From contig ML978147.1 in NCBI GenBank assembly GCA_010015805.1, positions 1 through 64,000 on the forward strand: 64,000 nt of DNA. Reading direction: 5' to 3'. The position numbers and the translations under genes were made by a program. Under the pieces are notes generated by a model that was not told the origin of the DNA, searched no databases, and worked only from the letters and a program-made list of their open reading frames with translations. Every line of letters starts with the position of its first letter. Position 1 is the first letter of the stretch. Shown in pieces: positions 50,071 to 64,000 of the stretch. Source of the stretch: Rhizodiscina lignyota. Lineage: Eukaryota.

Positions 50071-51166
50071 ATGAAGGAAGCTCTTGTCGGTCCAGACCTG
50101 GACGCAGAAGTCCACGATGTGCCAATCCCCAAGCCAGGACCGGGGGAAGTACTCATCAAAGTGGAGGTTGCTGGCAGCAACCCGAAAGACTGGAAATATC
50201 CGCACGGGGGAGGTACCAAAGTCAATTCAGGAGATGATATGGCAGGAACTGTCGAGGATGTCGGAGAGGGTGTGCTTGAATTTAGGAAGGGAGATCGAGT
50301 TGCGGCAATGCACAGAATGAGGACGCCAGCCGGGAGCTTTGCGGAATACAGCATCGCACCAGCCATCACGGCATTTCACATGCCCGCGAATGTCTCTGCT
50401 GAAGAGGTAAATTCAGATCCAATCCATTTGGAGGAAGCGTACGCTGATCCGCTGATAGGCTGCAACGATCCCACTTGCGGCGCTCACTGCAGTCCTTGGG
50501 CTGTTTTATAACCTCAACTTACCGCAACCCTGGACGCCCGCTCAAGAGCCACTACCGCTGCTCATATATGGAGCATCGAGTGCCGTTGGAGCATTCGCAG
50601 TAAAGCTAGCTCGGAGATCCAACATTCATCCCATCATTGCCATCGCTGGTAAGGCCAAGGGCTTTGTCGAAAGCCTGATTGATCCATCCAAGGGCGACGT
50701 GGTTCTCGACTACAGAGACGGCGAGGAATCTGTGATCCAGAGCGTCCGGCAGACCCTCGGCAATCTCAAGATACCCCGAATAAAGTACGCGTTTGACGCG
50801 ATTGGTGAAGATTTCGGTCTTCTGTTGGCGTCAAAACTCCTACTACCTGATGGCCATCTCTGTGCAATTAGTCCTTCAAGAGAGTTTTCGATCATTCCAA
50901 AATCACTTACCATATCCTGCACGTACGTTGGCGATATCCACGGCGATTTCCGGCCAGTCAAGACGGTCAACTACGTGTCGACGGCGAACGCAGCAGACTT
51001 TGGATATATATATTCGAGGCTCTTCACTCGTGGTCTCCAAGAGGGATGGCTCACAGGGCATCCGTATGAGGTGGTGGCTGGGGGTTTAGCTGGCGTTTCC
51101 ACCGCTCTTAAAGATCTGAAAGATGGCAAGGCCAGTGGTAAGAAGTTTGTCTTCAGGGTTTCTTGA
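50071..51166 (+). CDS. MDR-family NADPH oxidoreductase (trans-enoyl reductase/zeta-crystallin-like)
   Basis: GSNPKDWK, GDDMAGTV, GSFAEY, intron at about 50407-50459, LIYGASSAVG, GKASGKKFVFR. Confidence 0.9.
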
Positions 51167-52215
51167 GCAGATGATGGAAGATAATGTGGAGATGTTTCCG
51201 GTGTATCCCGCTGCGAATCAGCTCACAGCTACATGAGCCGGCTGGCATTTGCTTTGTAGAGTAGTCAGCAAGCAGGTAAGACGGAATGCTCGCAGAAATG
51301 CCGTATTCCGTTGACGCATGAGACAACTAAGAATTTTGTTCATGGATTCCCGAGTGTCAGCCACAGAGGTAGGAAGTGTAGTCTGTGGATTTGATAAGCG
51401 GAGTGGCAGTGGCAGTGAAACTACAGAACTCATGCCGAGTCGACTGCTGGGCCCAGTAGTTCCCAGACGCCCCCCAATGAGAGGCTCTTCAGCGTCATCA
51501 CGACTGGGAGGCATCCAGGGCCTTGTGTCGATTGCATTTAGGCGAGCATGCAGCGCGCTTGCGCAAGAGCTTGGCACACGCAGCTGGCCGTGTTCAAGCG
51601 AGCGATTGCACTGCAGAATAGCAGCCAGCCACGTCGGATGGCGAGCTGTGGCAAGAGCAGGCCGTCAATTGACCCACGATCGTAGCTGGGACGCGGACGC
51701 GTGGTGCTCTGCGGGAGGTGCAGTGCTGTCGACTGCAAATTAGGCACTCCAGCCACTTCGCCCACGCAAGCGGGCAGCCCAAGCAAGCAGATCGATCGGC
51801 GCACCGGGCAGGCGTGGCAGGGCAGAAGAAGCACGACGAGCGGGAGCAGCTTCTCATTGCTGTGCGTCCAGCATCCCCACCATCGCCAGCAGCTAAATCC
51901 TGTGTGCTCGGTGGCCTAGCCTCTTCCCCAATAACTTGCTGCCGCCCAGCTTCTCGCACTTTCTCTCCTTCCGCTCTTTATTTCATTCCTTCAAGCTTCA
52001 TTTCTCCCCCGTCGACTCCGCCGCAATAGCTTGGGCGCCAGGACCTCATTACGCACGTCCGTGCTGCGCTACCCTGCGCGTAACCTCACTTTACCCCCAG
52101 CTTTCCAACTTCTCGTACCGCCGGCCTGACTCTCCTCTCTCCACTCTCCCTCTACCTACCTTCTAAACACCATACCACCGATTGAGCGCCCTCCCTCCTA
52201 CCACGCTCATTCAAC

Positions 52216-55200
52216 ATGAGCGCTCCCGGCCGAGAGTCCGAGCTTAAGCAGCAGGGCGCTCTCGAAGCTGCGCGCGACCCGAACTCCACGGTGACTGCTG
52301 AGGACGCGGAGCGCAAGGTCGTCGACGAGGCGCGAGCTGCCGGCAGCGCAGCATACCAGTTCGATCCAAACGCAACTGCGCAAGAAAAGGCTGCTGCAAT
52401 AGCCAGCGTGAGTTTTGACCATCTTCCGGAGCAATTGACGAGCTCCATACTCGACTGAGTGCTGGCTGTGGCGCACGTCTGATATGTGGCTGACGTATGC
52501 TTGCGCGTTTTAGCATGTCCCCACCGACTTTCACCACGTCAGGAAACCAAAGGCGGCGGGTCTGGCGACCGATGTCGTAAGTCTTTCTTGCTAATGCTTA
52601 CGAATTTGGCTGTTGCTGGAAGATTAAAGGCTAATGCGTTCGGTGCAGGACGACGGAGCTCCTCCAGACTACGACCTCCCTCCCCCCTCCAGAGCCGGTG
52701 CCATCTCACGCGCAGATACGGCGAGCAGAAGCAGCAAGGGCGCGAATGGTAAGGCGCCAGAGGATGAGGAGTGGGAGCGTATGGGTTGGGCACCAAGATT
52801 TGGAGTCCCGAAGCTGAGAGAGGAAGATGATGGCACAATGCTAGATCATCAAACGTGGTTAGAAGGCAAGATTGACGACAAATTTTTCGGTGGTACGATG
52901 GAACATATTCCGAATATATACGGAGCTAGTACTCACGAACACAGATTGGTATCACAATGCCGGAATCATCATATTCGCATGTCTCATGTCATGGACCATC
53001 GCTGTGTTAGGCGGCGGCCTTGCGTGGGTCTTCATCATCATGGCTACTTGTGGAACTTACTACCGCACATCAATTCGACGTGTACGGCGCAACTTCCGTG
53101 ACGATGTCAACCGCGAATTGGCGAAGAACAGACTGGAGACGGACAACGAGAGCTTGGAATGGATCAACAGCTTCTTGGTCAAGTTCTGGCCTATATACGC
53201 ACCAGTGCTGTGTAAGACCATCGTCAGCTCGGTCGATCAGGTCCTGTCGACAAGCACTCCAGCGTTCTTGGACAGTTTAAGACTGAAAACATTCACCTTG
53301 GGCACAAAACCGCCCAGATTAGAGCATGTCAAGACGTACCCAAAGAGCGAGGATGACATTGTGCTCATGGACTGGAAATTCAGCTTCAATCCGAACGACG
53401 TAGCGGATTTAACTGCAAGACAAATCAAGATCAAGCAGAATCCCAAGGTCGTCTTGGAAGTGCGCATTGGCAAGGCCATGGTCAGCAAGGGCTTGGATGT
53501 CATTGTTGAAGACATGGCATTCTCCGGATTGATGAGAGTCAAGGTGAAGCTGCAGCTTCCCTTCCCCCACATCGACCGGGTAGAGATTAGTTTCCTCGGT
53601 AAGCCTGACATTGACTACGTCTGCAAACCCCTCGGTGGAGATTCATTTGGCTTCGATATCAACTTCATTCCTGGCCTGCAGGAGTTCATCATGAACCAGA
53701 TTCATAACAACCTTGGACCGATGATGTACGATCCCAACGTCTTTCCCATCGAGGTCGCAAAGATGCTTGCAGGAACTCCAGTCGATCAGGCCATCGGTGT
53801 TCTCCAAGTTACCTTCCACGGTGCGCAAGGTCTCAAAAATCCAGACAAGTTCTCTGGAACGCCAGATCCGTACGCCGTTGTTTCGATCAATCAACGCAAC
53901 GAGCTTGGCCGCACAAAGACTGTTCACGAAAGTGCAAACCCCAGATGGGGCGAGACTGTCAACGTCATTATTACTTCGCTCAAGGATTCCCTTACTCTGC
54001 AGGTTTTCGACTACAACGAATACCGCAAGGACAAGGAACTTGGTGTTGCGACCTTCCCACTTGAAAAGTTTGAAGAGGATGATGAATGGGAGAACCAGGA
54101 ACTTGAGGTCACGGCAAATGGTCGATCACGTGGACTGATCTCGGCCGATATTCGATTCTTCCCTGTTCTGGAAAGCGCCCATCTAGAAGATGGCACGGTC
54201 GAACCACCGCCCGAGTCCATGACTGGTATCGCGAAATTCACGGTCGAGCAAGCTAAGGATCTTGATGGTACGAAGAGTTTAATTGGTGAGCTCAACCCGT
54301 ACGCTGTGCTATTGCTCAATGGCAAGGAAGTCCACACCTCGAAGAAGCTGAAGAGGACGAACAACCCCATCTGGCCTGATGCTACCAAGGAGCTGCTCAT
54401 CACAAATCGCAAGACAGCCAAGCTGGGTCTCGTCTTGAAGGACGACCGTGAACTGTCTGCTGATCCAATCATTGGCACCTACCAAATCAGACTGGACGAT
54501 ATGCTCGAGCTTACGGAGAAGGGCCAGGAGTGGTACAATGTCGCTGGAGTCAAATCAGGACGTGTGAAAATGGCGCTGCAATGGAAGCCTGTCGCGCTCA
54601 GAGGTGCGCTTGCTGGCGGTGGGTATATCACACCCATCGGTGTCATCCGCATCCACTTCCAGAACGCGCGTAATCTGCGCAATGTCGAAGCGATGGGCAA
54701 ATCCGATCCTTATGCACGCGTCCTCCTCTCTGGTATCGAGAAAGGCAGAACTGTCACTTGGAAGAACAATCTGAATCCCGACTTTGACGAAGTGATCTAC
54801 GTCCCGATGCACTCCGACAGAGAGAAGCTGGTCCTCGAAGTCATGGACCAGGAGAATTTTGGCAAGGACAGGACTCTCGGGTATGTTGAGCTCGCAGCCT
54901 CTGACTACATTCATCAAGAGAGCACTGGCGAATATGCCGTGCACGAAGAGAAGAAGACTCAGTCCCGCGGCCTACGCATGGGCCGCGGCCCGGAAAAGGG
55001 CATACTCAATTTCACATGCAGCTTCTATCCCACGATACCCGTGGTGGATCCTGACGAAGAGGAGCGGGAGCGAGAGAGAGCCAGCATGGAGACTGTGCCG
55101 ACGCCGACTGGAAGGAAGAGCATAGAGAGCGGGCGTCCGAGCACAGCAAATGAGACACGTAGCAGAAGTGGAACGATTGGCAGTCTTAGAAGCCACAAGA

Positions 55201-57077
55201 CTAACGGAAGCATAGACATGAAGAAGCAGCTTGCGGCAGGCGAGCAAGAGCAGGAGGAGGTGAAGGAGATTAAGCCAGAGGTGCCGAAGATTCGACTCAC
55301 TGCAGACGACTTGTTGAACTACGGTACGTGGATCATTACAAGAACAGACACAAGATTTGAAGCTGATTGTGGCGCAGAGTCGGGCTTGATCATTTTCACG
55401 CTCATCGATGGCGAGTTCTCGAACCAGGGATGTCATCTTGAAGTTGTGATGGATGACCATCTTTTCCCTTCGTACACTAGTTCGAAAGTCAAGCAGAGAC
55501 ACGCATCATTCAACGAAAGTAGGCTTTCCCCTTTTGCAAAGCATCCCTATCGCAGCAACTGACCTGGGTTTACAGTTGGCGATGCCATGGTCCGTGAACT
55601 CGACATGTCAAGAATTACTCTCCGCCTTGTCCAGCGTGCGAGCAAAGACGACGAGAAAAAGGATAATAATGTCATCGCCAAACTAACAGGCCAAACCCTC
55701 GAGATCCTCCGACGCGCTCTCGTAAGTTCTGATATATAGGTAACCAATCTCCTGACTAACGAAACGTAGTACACACCCACCCAGCTCGTTCTGCGCGATG
55801 GTGCAGGTGAAAACAAAGTTACCGTTTCTCTCAAATATCTCCCTATCAAGATGCAGCTCGATCCATCCGAGTCCTTCAATAACCAAGGCAACCTGCGTGT
55901 CGAGGTTCTTGATGCTGCCGATCTGCCCGCAGCAGACCGCAACGGCTACTCTGATCCATACTGCAAGTTCATCCTCAACGACAAGTCGATCTACAAGACG
56001 GCCATACAGAAGAAGACGCTGCATCCAGCATGGAATGAGTTTTTTGAAACGCCAATCAAGAGCAGAACTGCCGCTGAGTTCAGAGTTGAAGTGTACGACT
56101 GGGACTTCGGCGACAAGGCAGACTTTTTGGGCAAGGCAGATATCAACTTGGACATCTTGGAACCGATGCAGCAGCAAGAGGTTGTGCTGGGCCTGGATGG
56201 GAAGAGTGGAACCATTAGACTGAAGATGCTGTTTAGACCAGACTTTGTTCAGAGGTCAAGGCAGGGCTCTTCGACGTTCCATGGCACATTCGATACCCCT
56301 GGCAAGATCATCGGCGCACCCGTGAAGGGAGTCGGCAAGGGAGCAGTCCTAGTTGGCGGTGGTGTCATCAAGGGAGCGAGCTTCCTCGGCAAAGGCTTCA
56401 GGAGGAGAAAGAGCCGTGCTGCAGCCGATGAAGATGCAGGTGAAGACTCGCCCAGCGTGAACGGCGATGGCTCACCAATGACACCCAACGTTACCGTTGA
56501 GAGTCCCTCCGCTCCCGGAACACCCAGCCCACATGCCAGAACGAAGAGCTGGGGTGCGGCGTCGACAGCCGGGCTCAACGTTGGCGGTGCAGACCAGGGC
56601 ATGGCGAGCATCACAATCGCGAGCGCGCACGACTTCCCACCTTCCGCTAACCTGCGCATCCACATCAAGATGGAGAGCAGCAAGGGCGCAAAGGAAGTCT
56701 TCAAGACAAAGGCCGTCAAGATTGGCGAGAAGGGCTTCGTCTGGTCCGGAGAGGAGAGCAACACGCGCGTACCATGCGGTGCGGACACGCAGTTCCGCAT
56801 TGTCGCGAAGGACCATGGGCACTTTGGCATGGACGACGATCTGGGCGAAGGCGTGTTCTTCGTCGATGACCAGGGGAAGGGCGGCGAGAAGGAAGTCAAG
56901 GTGGGGAGTGGGAGGGTCGTGGTGAGGAGTAGCTTTACGCCTGCGGATGCGGCGAGTAGTGCTACGGGACGGGGGCTGAAGGAGAGCCCGAGAGGCCTGA
57001 GGAGGGGAGTGTTTGGTACGAAGAGAGAGAGTAGGGAAACTGGGAGAGAGAGAAGCGTCACGCCGAGTGGGGTGTGA
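52216..57077 (+). CDS. TCB: Tricalbin (ER-plasma membrane tether; TM hairpin, SMP domain, multiple C2 domains)
   Basis: ESLEWINSFLVKFW SMP start; C2 motifs GTPDPYA, GELNPYA, GKSDPYA, ADRNGYSDPYC; multi-exon. Confidence 0.95.
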
Positions 57078-57718
57078 GATGCTTTTTCCTTTGTTTGGCT
57101 TTCGCTTTCTTAGGGAATTCGCGTTCGGCCTACGTATGGTGTTTGGGGGACTCAGCGCGAGCAATCAGGATGGATACCACGGATGCTCGCTTTTCTTCTG
57201 TCCTTTGCGGGTTTATCTCCTTTCGTCAGGTCTCGTATACCTTTATTTTCTTGTGCCCCTGCTTCGTGGAAGAGGCATAGATTAAGACCTATAGGTAACC
57301 TAATAAACAAAAGCGATACTATCTGTATATTTGTGTCAAGTCCTGTGAAGATTTAGATTCAAACTTCAATTCAAGAGTTCTTTACAGCACTGCGGAGTAG
57401 TCTACGGCCAGTCCTGTCCAGAAAGGGACCGCAATGCTCATATCTGTGAAGAATGAGTCTCGCCTGACCTCGAGCAATCTCTTTGTCTCTTTCTACTTCT
57501 CTCCAATGTTGTAGGCGTGACGATGCCTAATTTCATTACCAATCTATACATAACTTGTCTACAAAACAATTCCAAAATGTAGTTCAGCAGCAGAGGCTTG
57601 CTGTGTACTAGACATACCAAATATTGAATATTCCGAGACAGCTGCAAAAATTTGTCCTCCAAATGCTACACGAAGACAAAGATTGGATATCGGAAAAAGC
57701 ATGAGCGGCTCCACCTCC

Positions 57719-58402
57719 TCATCCCTCTGCATTTCCAATCATAACCTGATCAACAACCTTAAAACGATCCTTGAAGCCATGGCGTTCAATCACATAGACA
57801 CGATCCACGTTCCACTTTAACTCCCATGCGCCATTTGAACAAAGTGACCTTCCAGACCTTCCATCAGAGTTTTCATCTCTTTCCTGCACTGCAAAATCTC
57901 TCATGGCCCGACCAACCTCCTCTTCCAGCGCCCACGCACTTCTCTCGCTCCTCGCTTGGCCCACAGACAAATGCGGCGTGAACCCGCGCTGATCCGCATC
58001 ACACTCTGAAAACGCAGCTTGGAGGTTAGCTTGCAGGTCTAAAAGCCTTGGACATGCCGAATCATTGCCATCAGCATCACTTTGGCATTCCTCCGGGTTG
58101 AGCCAAACTGTTGCGCTGGACTTGCTGTGGAGGAAATGCTTCGCGGATGTCAAACGCAGCTCAATCGGAGTTATTCTACAGAGAGCGTCTCTGATACGGG
58201 GCGTTATTGTCTCGGGAGACGTAGATGGTTGATTGAGAAATGGATAGATGAGGTTGATGTGTGGTGGCCAGCGGTGGAAGTTGCGGTCGTGCTTCCGCCG
58301 CAAGTCTTCTATTGGCGGATGTAGAGATGCCGGCGGTAAAAGCACAAGTGCAGACTTGTAAGAGAAATGTGGAGGAAGTTTGGTTGGAGAGTCTTTGGGC
58401 AT
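57719..58402 (-). CDS. 2H phosphoesterase / 2'-5' RNA ligase (LigT-like) family protein
   Basis: Two His motifs, WPPHINLIYPF and FTPHLSVGQ; 227 aa. Confidence 0.85.
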   Translation of the reverse strand: MPKDSPTKLPPHFSYKSALVLLPPASLHPPIEDLRRKHDRNFHRWPPHINLIYPFLNQPSTSPETITPRIRDALCRITPIELRLTSAKHFLHSKSSATVWLNPEECQSDADGNDSACPRLLDLQANLQAAFSECDADQRGFTPHLSVGQARSERSAWALEEEVGRAMRDFAVQERDENSDGRSGRSLCSNGAWELKWNVDRVYVIERHGFKDRFKVVDQVMIGNAEG

Positions 58403-58878
58403 ATCGAGGAATTGTGGTAGTTGATGTGAGGAGAAGGCAATTTTTGAAATGTTGAAGTTTGGGGATTTGCACGTGGCCGGTGGTGAGGAAATCTGTCACC
58501 CTTCAACAGAAAGACGTTCGGCAGATCAACTATCACATACTCGCGAATATTATGTGGTTGGAGTTTGTTTATAACTCTACTTAGATGCTATTCACGATCT
58601 GCCTGTTTTGTTCGAGAATGGTGTTATCACAGTACGATGACAGCCTGTGGTTCGATAGTTCAGAAGCCACTTCTCTCTCCTTGTCTCGCCCGAAACGTGT
58701 TCAAAGGCTGCATGCTACATTCATAAGACCGAGTAATGATTGGAGCGCAGTACCAATGTTATTAGGATCGCATTGAGACCACCACGCTTGCTATGCAAAA
58801 CACTATCGAAGTAAAGTAAAGATTACACCCTACGTACTCCAAGCCGTAGAATTTTTGTGAACCTGGTGTACTTTTCAC

Positions 58879-60893
58879 CTATCGTCCCAAGCGAATGACG
58901 CCAGCTGCGATGAGCTTTTGAATGGACGCCCTGACTTGGGGATTCTTCATGTGCTCCTGGAGGGCAGCAGGGTTATCTTTCGCCTGCTGCAGAATGCTCT
59001 GCATGACCGGGTCTTGGAGAAGGCCGATGATCTGTGTACGAGTCAGCAATCGCTTTATAGCTGCTAACGAGCAAAAGCATACCTCAGGATCTCTCTGTAT
59101 CCTCGCCATAGTCTCCTCCTCCGTCTCGCCCTCTCTCGAGCTATACATCGCCTGCACGGCCTTCTGCTGCTGCTGCTCAATCTCCCTCATATTCTTGCCG
59201 CCCTCATCATGAGTCGCTGCCTCCGTGCAGACATCAAGACACTTGCTGTACTCTCTCATGGCGAAGTACGCTTGGGCCTTCCTCAGATAGGCGCGGATGA
59301 ATTTCACGTCGCGCTTGATCGCCTCGTCGCAGTCCTGCACGGCACTCGGAAAGCCGAGCAGCTTGATGAAGCACGCAGCGCGATTGGAGTAGCCACGCGG
59401 GTCGTCGGGTGCGCGCTTGATCATCTCGCTGTACGCATCGACAGCGGCGGGCCAGTCTGCCTCTTTGAACTTCTGGTTGCCGAGTTCACGAGCTTTCTCG
59501 GCTTCTTCGGGATTGACGTACGCGTTCTTGTCTGATATGATCTTGGCCTTCTCAGCGGCACGGAGCTTGGTGAGGATTTCGGGAGTGCGGTGTTCGGTGA
59601 GAGAGCGTTGGTAGTTGTCGATGGCGTTTGCGAGATCACCCAGCTTCTCGTAGGCACTGCCGATACGGCCAAATGCTCTGAATAACTTTGTTAGAAGCAC
59701 GTTCCAAGGTAGATATATAGCCGCAGATAGATCCTGTCCAGCCTTTGACGGGAATATGGAAAACTTACTTGGCGATGAGCTTGAAGTCTGCCAACACTTC
59801 TCTGCCGTGTTCGACAGCCTCCTTGCAAGCATCGATGGCACCTTGATAATCGCCCTTCTCAAACTTGGCAGCACCCAGATTCGTGAGGTATGTAATGTCC
59901 TTGTGTAGCTCCCACGCCTTGCTATAGTGCTCAATTGCGGCATCGAATTGGCGCTTCTTGTAGCTCTCCGTACCAAGTGACTTCTCCTTGTCCGCCTCTT
60001 CCTTTGCCTTCTTCTTCGCGATGGCCTCGTCGTCCTCCGGCTCAGGCTCATCTACCTCCATCTCCTCCGGTTCGGTTGGCTTTGCACCGGCTGATGCAGA
60101 TGCAGATGCGGATGCGGAAGCGTTTGGCACAGAAGCAGACAGATGCTCCTCCGCTTCTGTTGCCTTTGGCGTCTCCTCACCTGCTCCAGCATCTCCCATA
60201 TCCGGCAAACCCATGAGGACACTCATGACTGTGAGAATGCGCTGATCACCGATGTGCTGCATTATCGTGGAGGGGTTCTGCTGGATCTGCTGCATCGTAG
60301 CCATGAAGGAGGGGTCGGCGATGAACTGGCTGGTCTTCGGGTTGTTCGCGAGCTTCTGGAACAGCGCAGGGTCTTTGAAGACATTTCCAAGTCCACCGAG
60401 AGGATCATTTCCACCAGGGCCTCGCGCTTCGTTTTGTATTGCTCGCTTCACCGAATCGAGGCCAGACTTTGCTTGCGCGTTTGTAGGTTCGAGCTCGAGA
60501 GCTTTCTCGTACGCATCGTTTGCCCCAACTGCGAATGGTCAGTCAAATCTCCCTGATGATGGCCAAATATACATACGAAGATCGCCTTGTCCGTGAAGCG
60601 CAGCGCCTTTCCTTCCCCAGCCCTTCGCCCAGTCAGGCTTGATCTCAGTCACTTTGTTTGCATCTTCAAGAGCTTTGTCAAAGTCCTTCAGGGACGCATA
60701 TGCACCAGATCTGTTCGAATAGAGAACATGATTCTCCGAATCGAGCTTGATAGCTTCGGTGAACTTTTCACTACTGATGTATCAGAACCATAACAAATAA
60801 ATGGTGGCGGGGCAAGGCTATGACCTACATTGCTTCGGGGAACTGCTTCGCAGCGAAGAATTTATTGCCCTCAGCCTTCAGAGCGTCGGCCAT
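58879..60893 (-). CDS. STI1: Hsp70/Hsp90 organising co-chaperone Sti1 (Hop)
   Basis: [16 protein letters not shown]1, DP1, TPR2A ([15 protein letters not shown]), TPR2B ([10 protein letters not shown]), DP2 ending [12 protein letters not shown]. Confidence 0.96.
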
Positions 60894-61439
60894 TGTGAGC
60901 GCGTGTACTGTAGTTTTTTCAGCGATGAGGACGATATATAAGGTGCAGAAGTCGAAGAAGAGGGCGAAGGGCGGAGGGCCAGAAAGCTCTAGAAAGTTTG
61001 AAGCTTCAACGGATCGACGCCAAGCCAAAGCTCCCTGCTCGCGTGGTGATGGTCCATGCTCCCCCTCAAAGCGATACCTTTTAACAAACTCCCCTGACCT
61101 TCTTGGATCATACTCTCGACATGAATATCACCGGAGCGGGGCTCTCCAAGAATCTCGTCTAGATCCCTTTCAGGCGCACATGAATCGATCTCCCCGACCT
61201 GCGATAGCGGAGAGAGCGCGGAAGAAACAGAAAAATTGCTTAAAACCCTGAACTTGATTCATTGTCTCGAAATGCAAATGGTTTGATTCGCCGTCAGTCA
61301 TGTCAAATCTCAAAAGAAAAGCCAGTGTTTTCCGAAGCTAAATCAAAGTCCTGCATCAAATCATACCCAGCAAATCCTCATATCATCCGAAGCACCGCTT
61401 CAAAGCCAGAAAGAGACCTGAAATTTCATTCATTCATCG

Positions 61440-62059
61440 TTATGGTTCAAGAGCAATTTCATCGTCGCCATGAACCGATTTGACGACTTCTGCCACCTCG
61501 CATATGGTGCTGTTAGCTCCAGCCATGTTCACGGGCGGCCGGTGCATCGTTTTCGCGTGCCCAGAGATCAGGCTCGTTTGACTGCCGAGGCCTTTTCCTC
61601 AAGCCGTGGGATGAGTCTGTCTTGGGGGTGCTTGATGTCTTCGAGTTGCATTTTGACCCAAGGCTTGACAAGACGCAAAGTGCTTGTGTCAGCGTCACTA
61701 CAACGATACATCAACGCATGGATGCGAAAGATCTGTAACTAGTTGCTTACCGTTGGCGGAGTGTATTTTGAAAAGATTCCAAGAGCCCCATGCTCCCTTT
61801 GATCTTTTGGTCGAGTTCGCTGAATGCAATGCAGTGCATTGCTGTCATGTGTGACCTTTCGACGCCAGGTGCGGTGCGATAAGGACAGACCTACCGAAGA
61901 CAGGCCTACCGCGTCGACGAGGAGGAAGGGTCGACCGTCCGCGAACGTGATGCGGAAGTTTGTGGTGAAAGTCTCGCGTTCCATTCGGAGCGTCGTTGGC
62001 GATGAGGATACGTACTCCGGGAAGATGGCTACGTTTGGTGAAAGTGATTTGAGCGCCAT
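61440..62059 (-). pseudogene. LURP-one/Tubby-C-like (DUF567) gene, probably degraded or truncated
   Basis: N-terminus LSPNVAIFPEYVSSSPTTLRM...NFRITFADGRPFLLVD...LSLSHR resembles the family; downstream frame unclear. Confidence 0.45.
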
Positions 62060-62884
62060 GGTGGAGATCCTGTCCGAGAGATATAAATAAAGATATGTAA
62101 GAAGAAGGCGATAGATCCGAAGAGGACTGTTTGCAAGAGATATTGTAGTCTTTTAGAATAATGGAGGTGGGTGTGAGGTGATACAAGATAGCACGCGGAG
62201 TGATTTTGGCATTACCCAGTGCCGAATGTTGGATGCTCAAGGAAGATTCCAATGAAATGAGCAAAGTATATGGTCGAGCTAATAGAATGATATGGAGTTT
62301 TGATCGTCAAGCTGGAAGCAATATTTGTACCTTCAAACCCACCGCATCACCAGCTCGACACTGACATCATCGAACGAGCTCGAGAAAGCCTTCGCTGCTA
62401 TTGTCAATCCAAGAGCCTGCGCTCGACGACTCCGTAGCAGCCAATTCTTGCATCAGAACGGTATTTTTCTCACTCCGTCGCAGCATGGCTCCAGTTCGGG
62501 GAAAGATGACTTATGGGTAACAAGGGAAAAGCTTGAAATCGGCAAGTTGCAAGGCTGAGCAGGTGGCGATTACAACCACAATAGGCATAGTTTCGCAATT
62601 TGGGTTGATAGAGAGGAGAGGGAGACGTTTACTGAGAAAGGGACATTACGGCGGACCAATTGGCAGTATTTCGTGTTCTTCACAGCTTCAGCTCGTCCGA
62701 CCAACCCAAGGAACCCCTCACCATGTATGATAGCCGAAAGGACTACCAGTCGACTAAGATGCGTTTCCGAAGGATTTCAGTCATGCTTGATACAGTGTTA
62801 CCGTGCAGTACGAGTAGGCTCATAGGAGAGAGAATTGAGGTATCGTAAAAGTCTACATCTTTGCCCACCATTTGTACTTTCATC

Positions 62885-63708
62885 ATGTCTCATCCGGGCC
62901 GCCTCGAAGGCAAGATCGCAATCGTCACAGGCGGCGCTCTGGGTCTTGGAGAAGGTATTGTCCGCAAATTCATCCACGAAGGAGCCAAAGTCGTCATCTT
63001 TGACATCAATTCCGCGAATGGCGAGAAGGTGGCGTCAAGTTTACCGAGCGAGTCGGTAGCATTTATTCAGGGCGACGCGACGAAAGACGAGGACTGGGAA
63101 AAGGCTCTCAAACTCACCCTTGACAAGTTTGGCGGTTTGACGACAGTCGTCAACAATGCAGGTGTTGTGCACAACGCTACGGTAAGTACCTGTGCCGGGG
63201 ACAGCTGAGGTTGAGACGCTGATGTTTAATATCACAGCCATCATACGAAGTCTCAGAAACGGAGTACAACCGCATCATGCACATCAACGTCAAGCCGCTT
63301 TACGCCTCTTCCAAGGTCATTGCGCCGTACTTCAAGAAGCAGGGCCACGGCGCATTTGTCAACATCTCATCCATCAGCGCTCCCCGACCGCGGCCGTTCC
63401 TTGTATGGTACGCTGGCAGCAAAGGTGCAGTTTCTGCAGTCTCCAAGGGCTTGGCCGCGGAGTTCGCGGCCTTTGGTGTACGAGTCAATGCCATCTGTCC
63501 TGTCGTGGCAGACACGGGTATGCTGCCGGCCGTTCTTGGTGGTACTGACTCATCCGAAGGGAGAGCGCTCCTGACGAAAGGAATACCCCTCGGCAGAGTT
63601 GGGACACCAAAAGACATTGCAAATGCAGCAGCTTTCTTGGCGTCCGATGAAGCAGATTTCATCACAGGGATCGAATTGCCTGTTGACGGTGGGAGAGCGC
63701 TGAATTAG
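62885..63708 (+). CDS. FabG-like short-chain dehydrogenase/reductase (2 exons)
   Basis: GRLEGKIAIVTGGALGLG, VNNAG, YAGSK, GVRVNAICP, ITGIELPVDGG; intron at about 63182-63237. Confidence 0.93.
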
Positions 63709-64000
63709 TCAAGACGCTCGCTTCAGACATAGAGATTCAATTGATTAGAACACGCAGAAACTTCGAATTTCGACACTCTCCCTTGGTGCCTCTTGTTCCG
63801 TTCCAGGATCCACAAAGCTCGTATGTGCCACACCATGGCTTCTCTTACCGTCCCCTACCACGCTCTTTCCATCAATCCCACCATCCAGACGCGTATCGAA
63901 GATTCTGAAAACGTACGCCTCATGAGGCTCCTGACCTCTCAGATATGCAAATGCATGATTACCGTCCTCCTTTGGTGGCCGAATAGCAAAATTCTCAATC

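Noticed and set aside
1..51200. Starship giant transposon
   Set aside because: No DUF3435 captain, DUF3723, ferric reductase or patatin-like gene was recognised in the window; one outside the window cannot be excluded.
63835..64000. Possible start of a HET-type gene (MASLTVPYHALS...VRLMRLLT)
   Set aside because: Truncated by the window edge; too little sequence to support a call.

Overview
Fungal (filamentous ascomycete, Pezizomycotina-type) genomic DNA with short GT-AG introns, in three zones. (1) About 1-6.8 kb is a GC-rich, TpA-enriched (RIP-like) putative mobile element. It carries one ~1,500-codon minus-strand ORF broken by four in-frame TAG stops and one frameshift. The protein has an AT-hook and a canonical PIP box but no DDE, RT, HUH-helicase or tyrosine-recombinase signature that I can recognise. 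Tandem subterminal repeats lie on both sides, and a Helitron-like hairpin plus CTAA sits at the 3' end. This is the best candidate for an undescribed system, possibly a rolling-circle element with a Rep_trans-like protein (inference only). (2) About 7-51 kb is an accessory region. It holds a decaying catabolic cluster (MFS transporter, Zn2Cys6 TF, SDR, Baeyer-Villiger monooxygenase; three of four disrupted), HET and ankyrin relics, secreted hydrolases (alpha/beta hydrolase, GH88, pseudogenised GH13 amylase), a PhyH dioxygenase, an 8-Cys small secreted protein, a P450 and reductases. (3) About 52-64 kb has conserved genes: tricalbin, a 2H phosphoesterase, STI1 and an SDR. All family calls come from motif recognition by eye; no searches were run.
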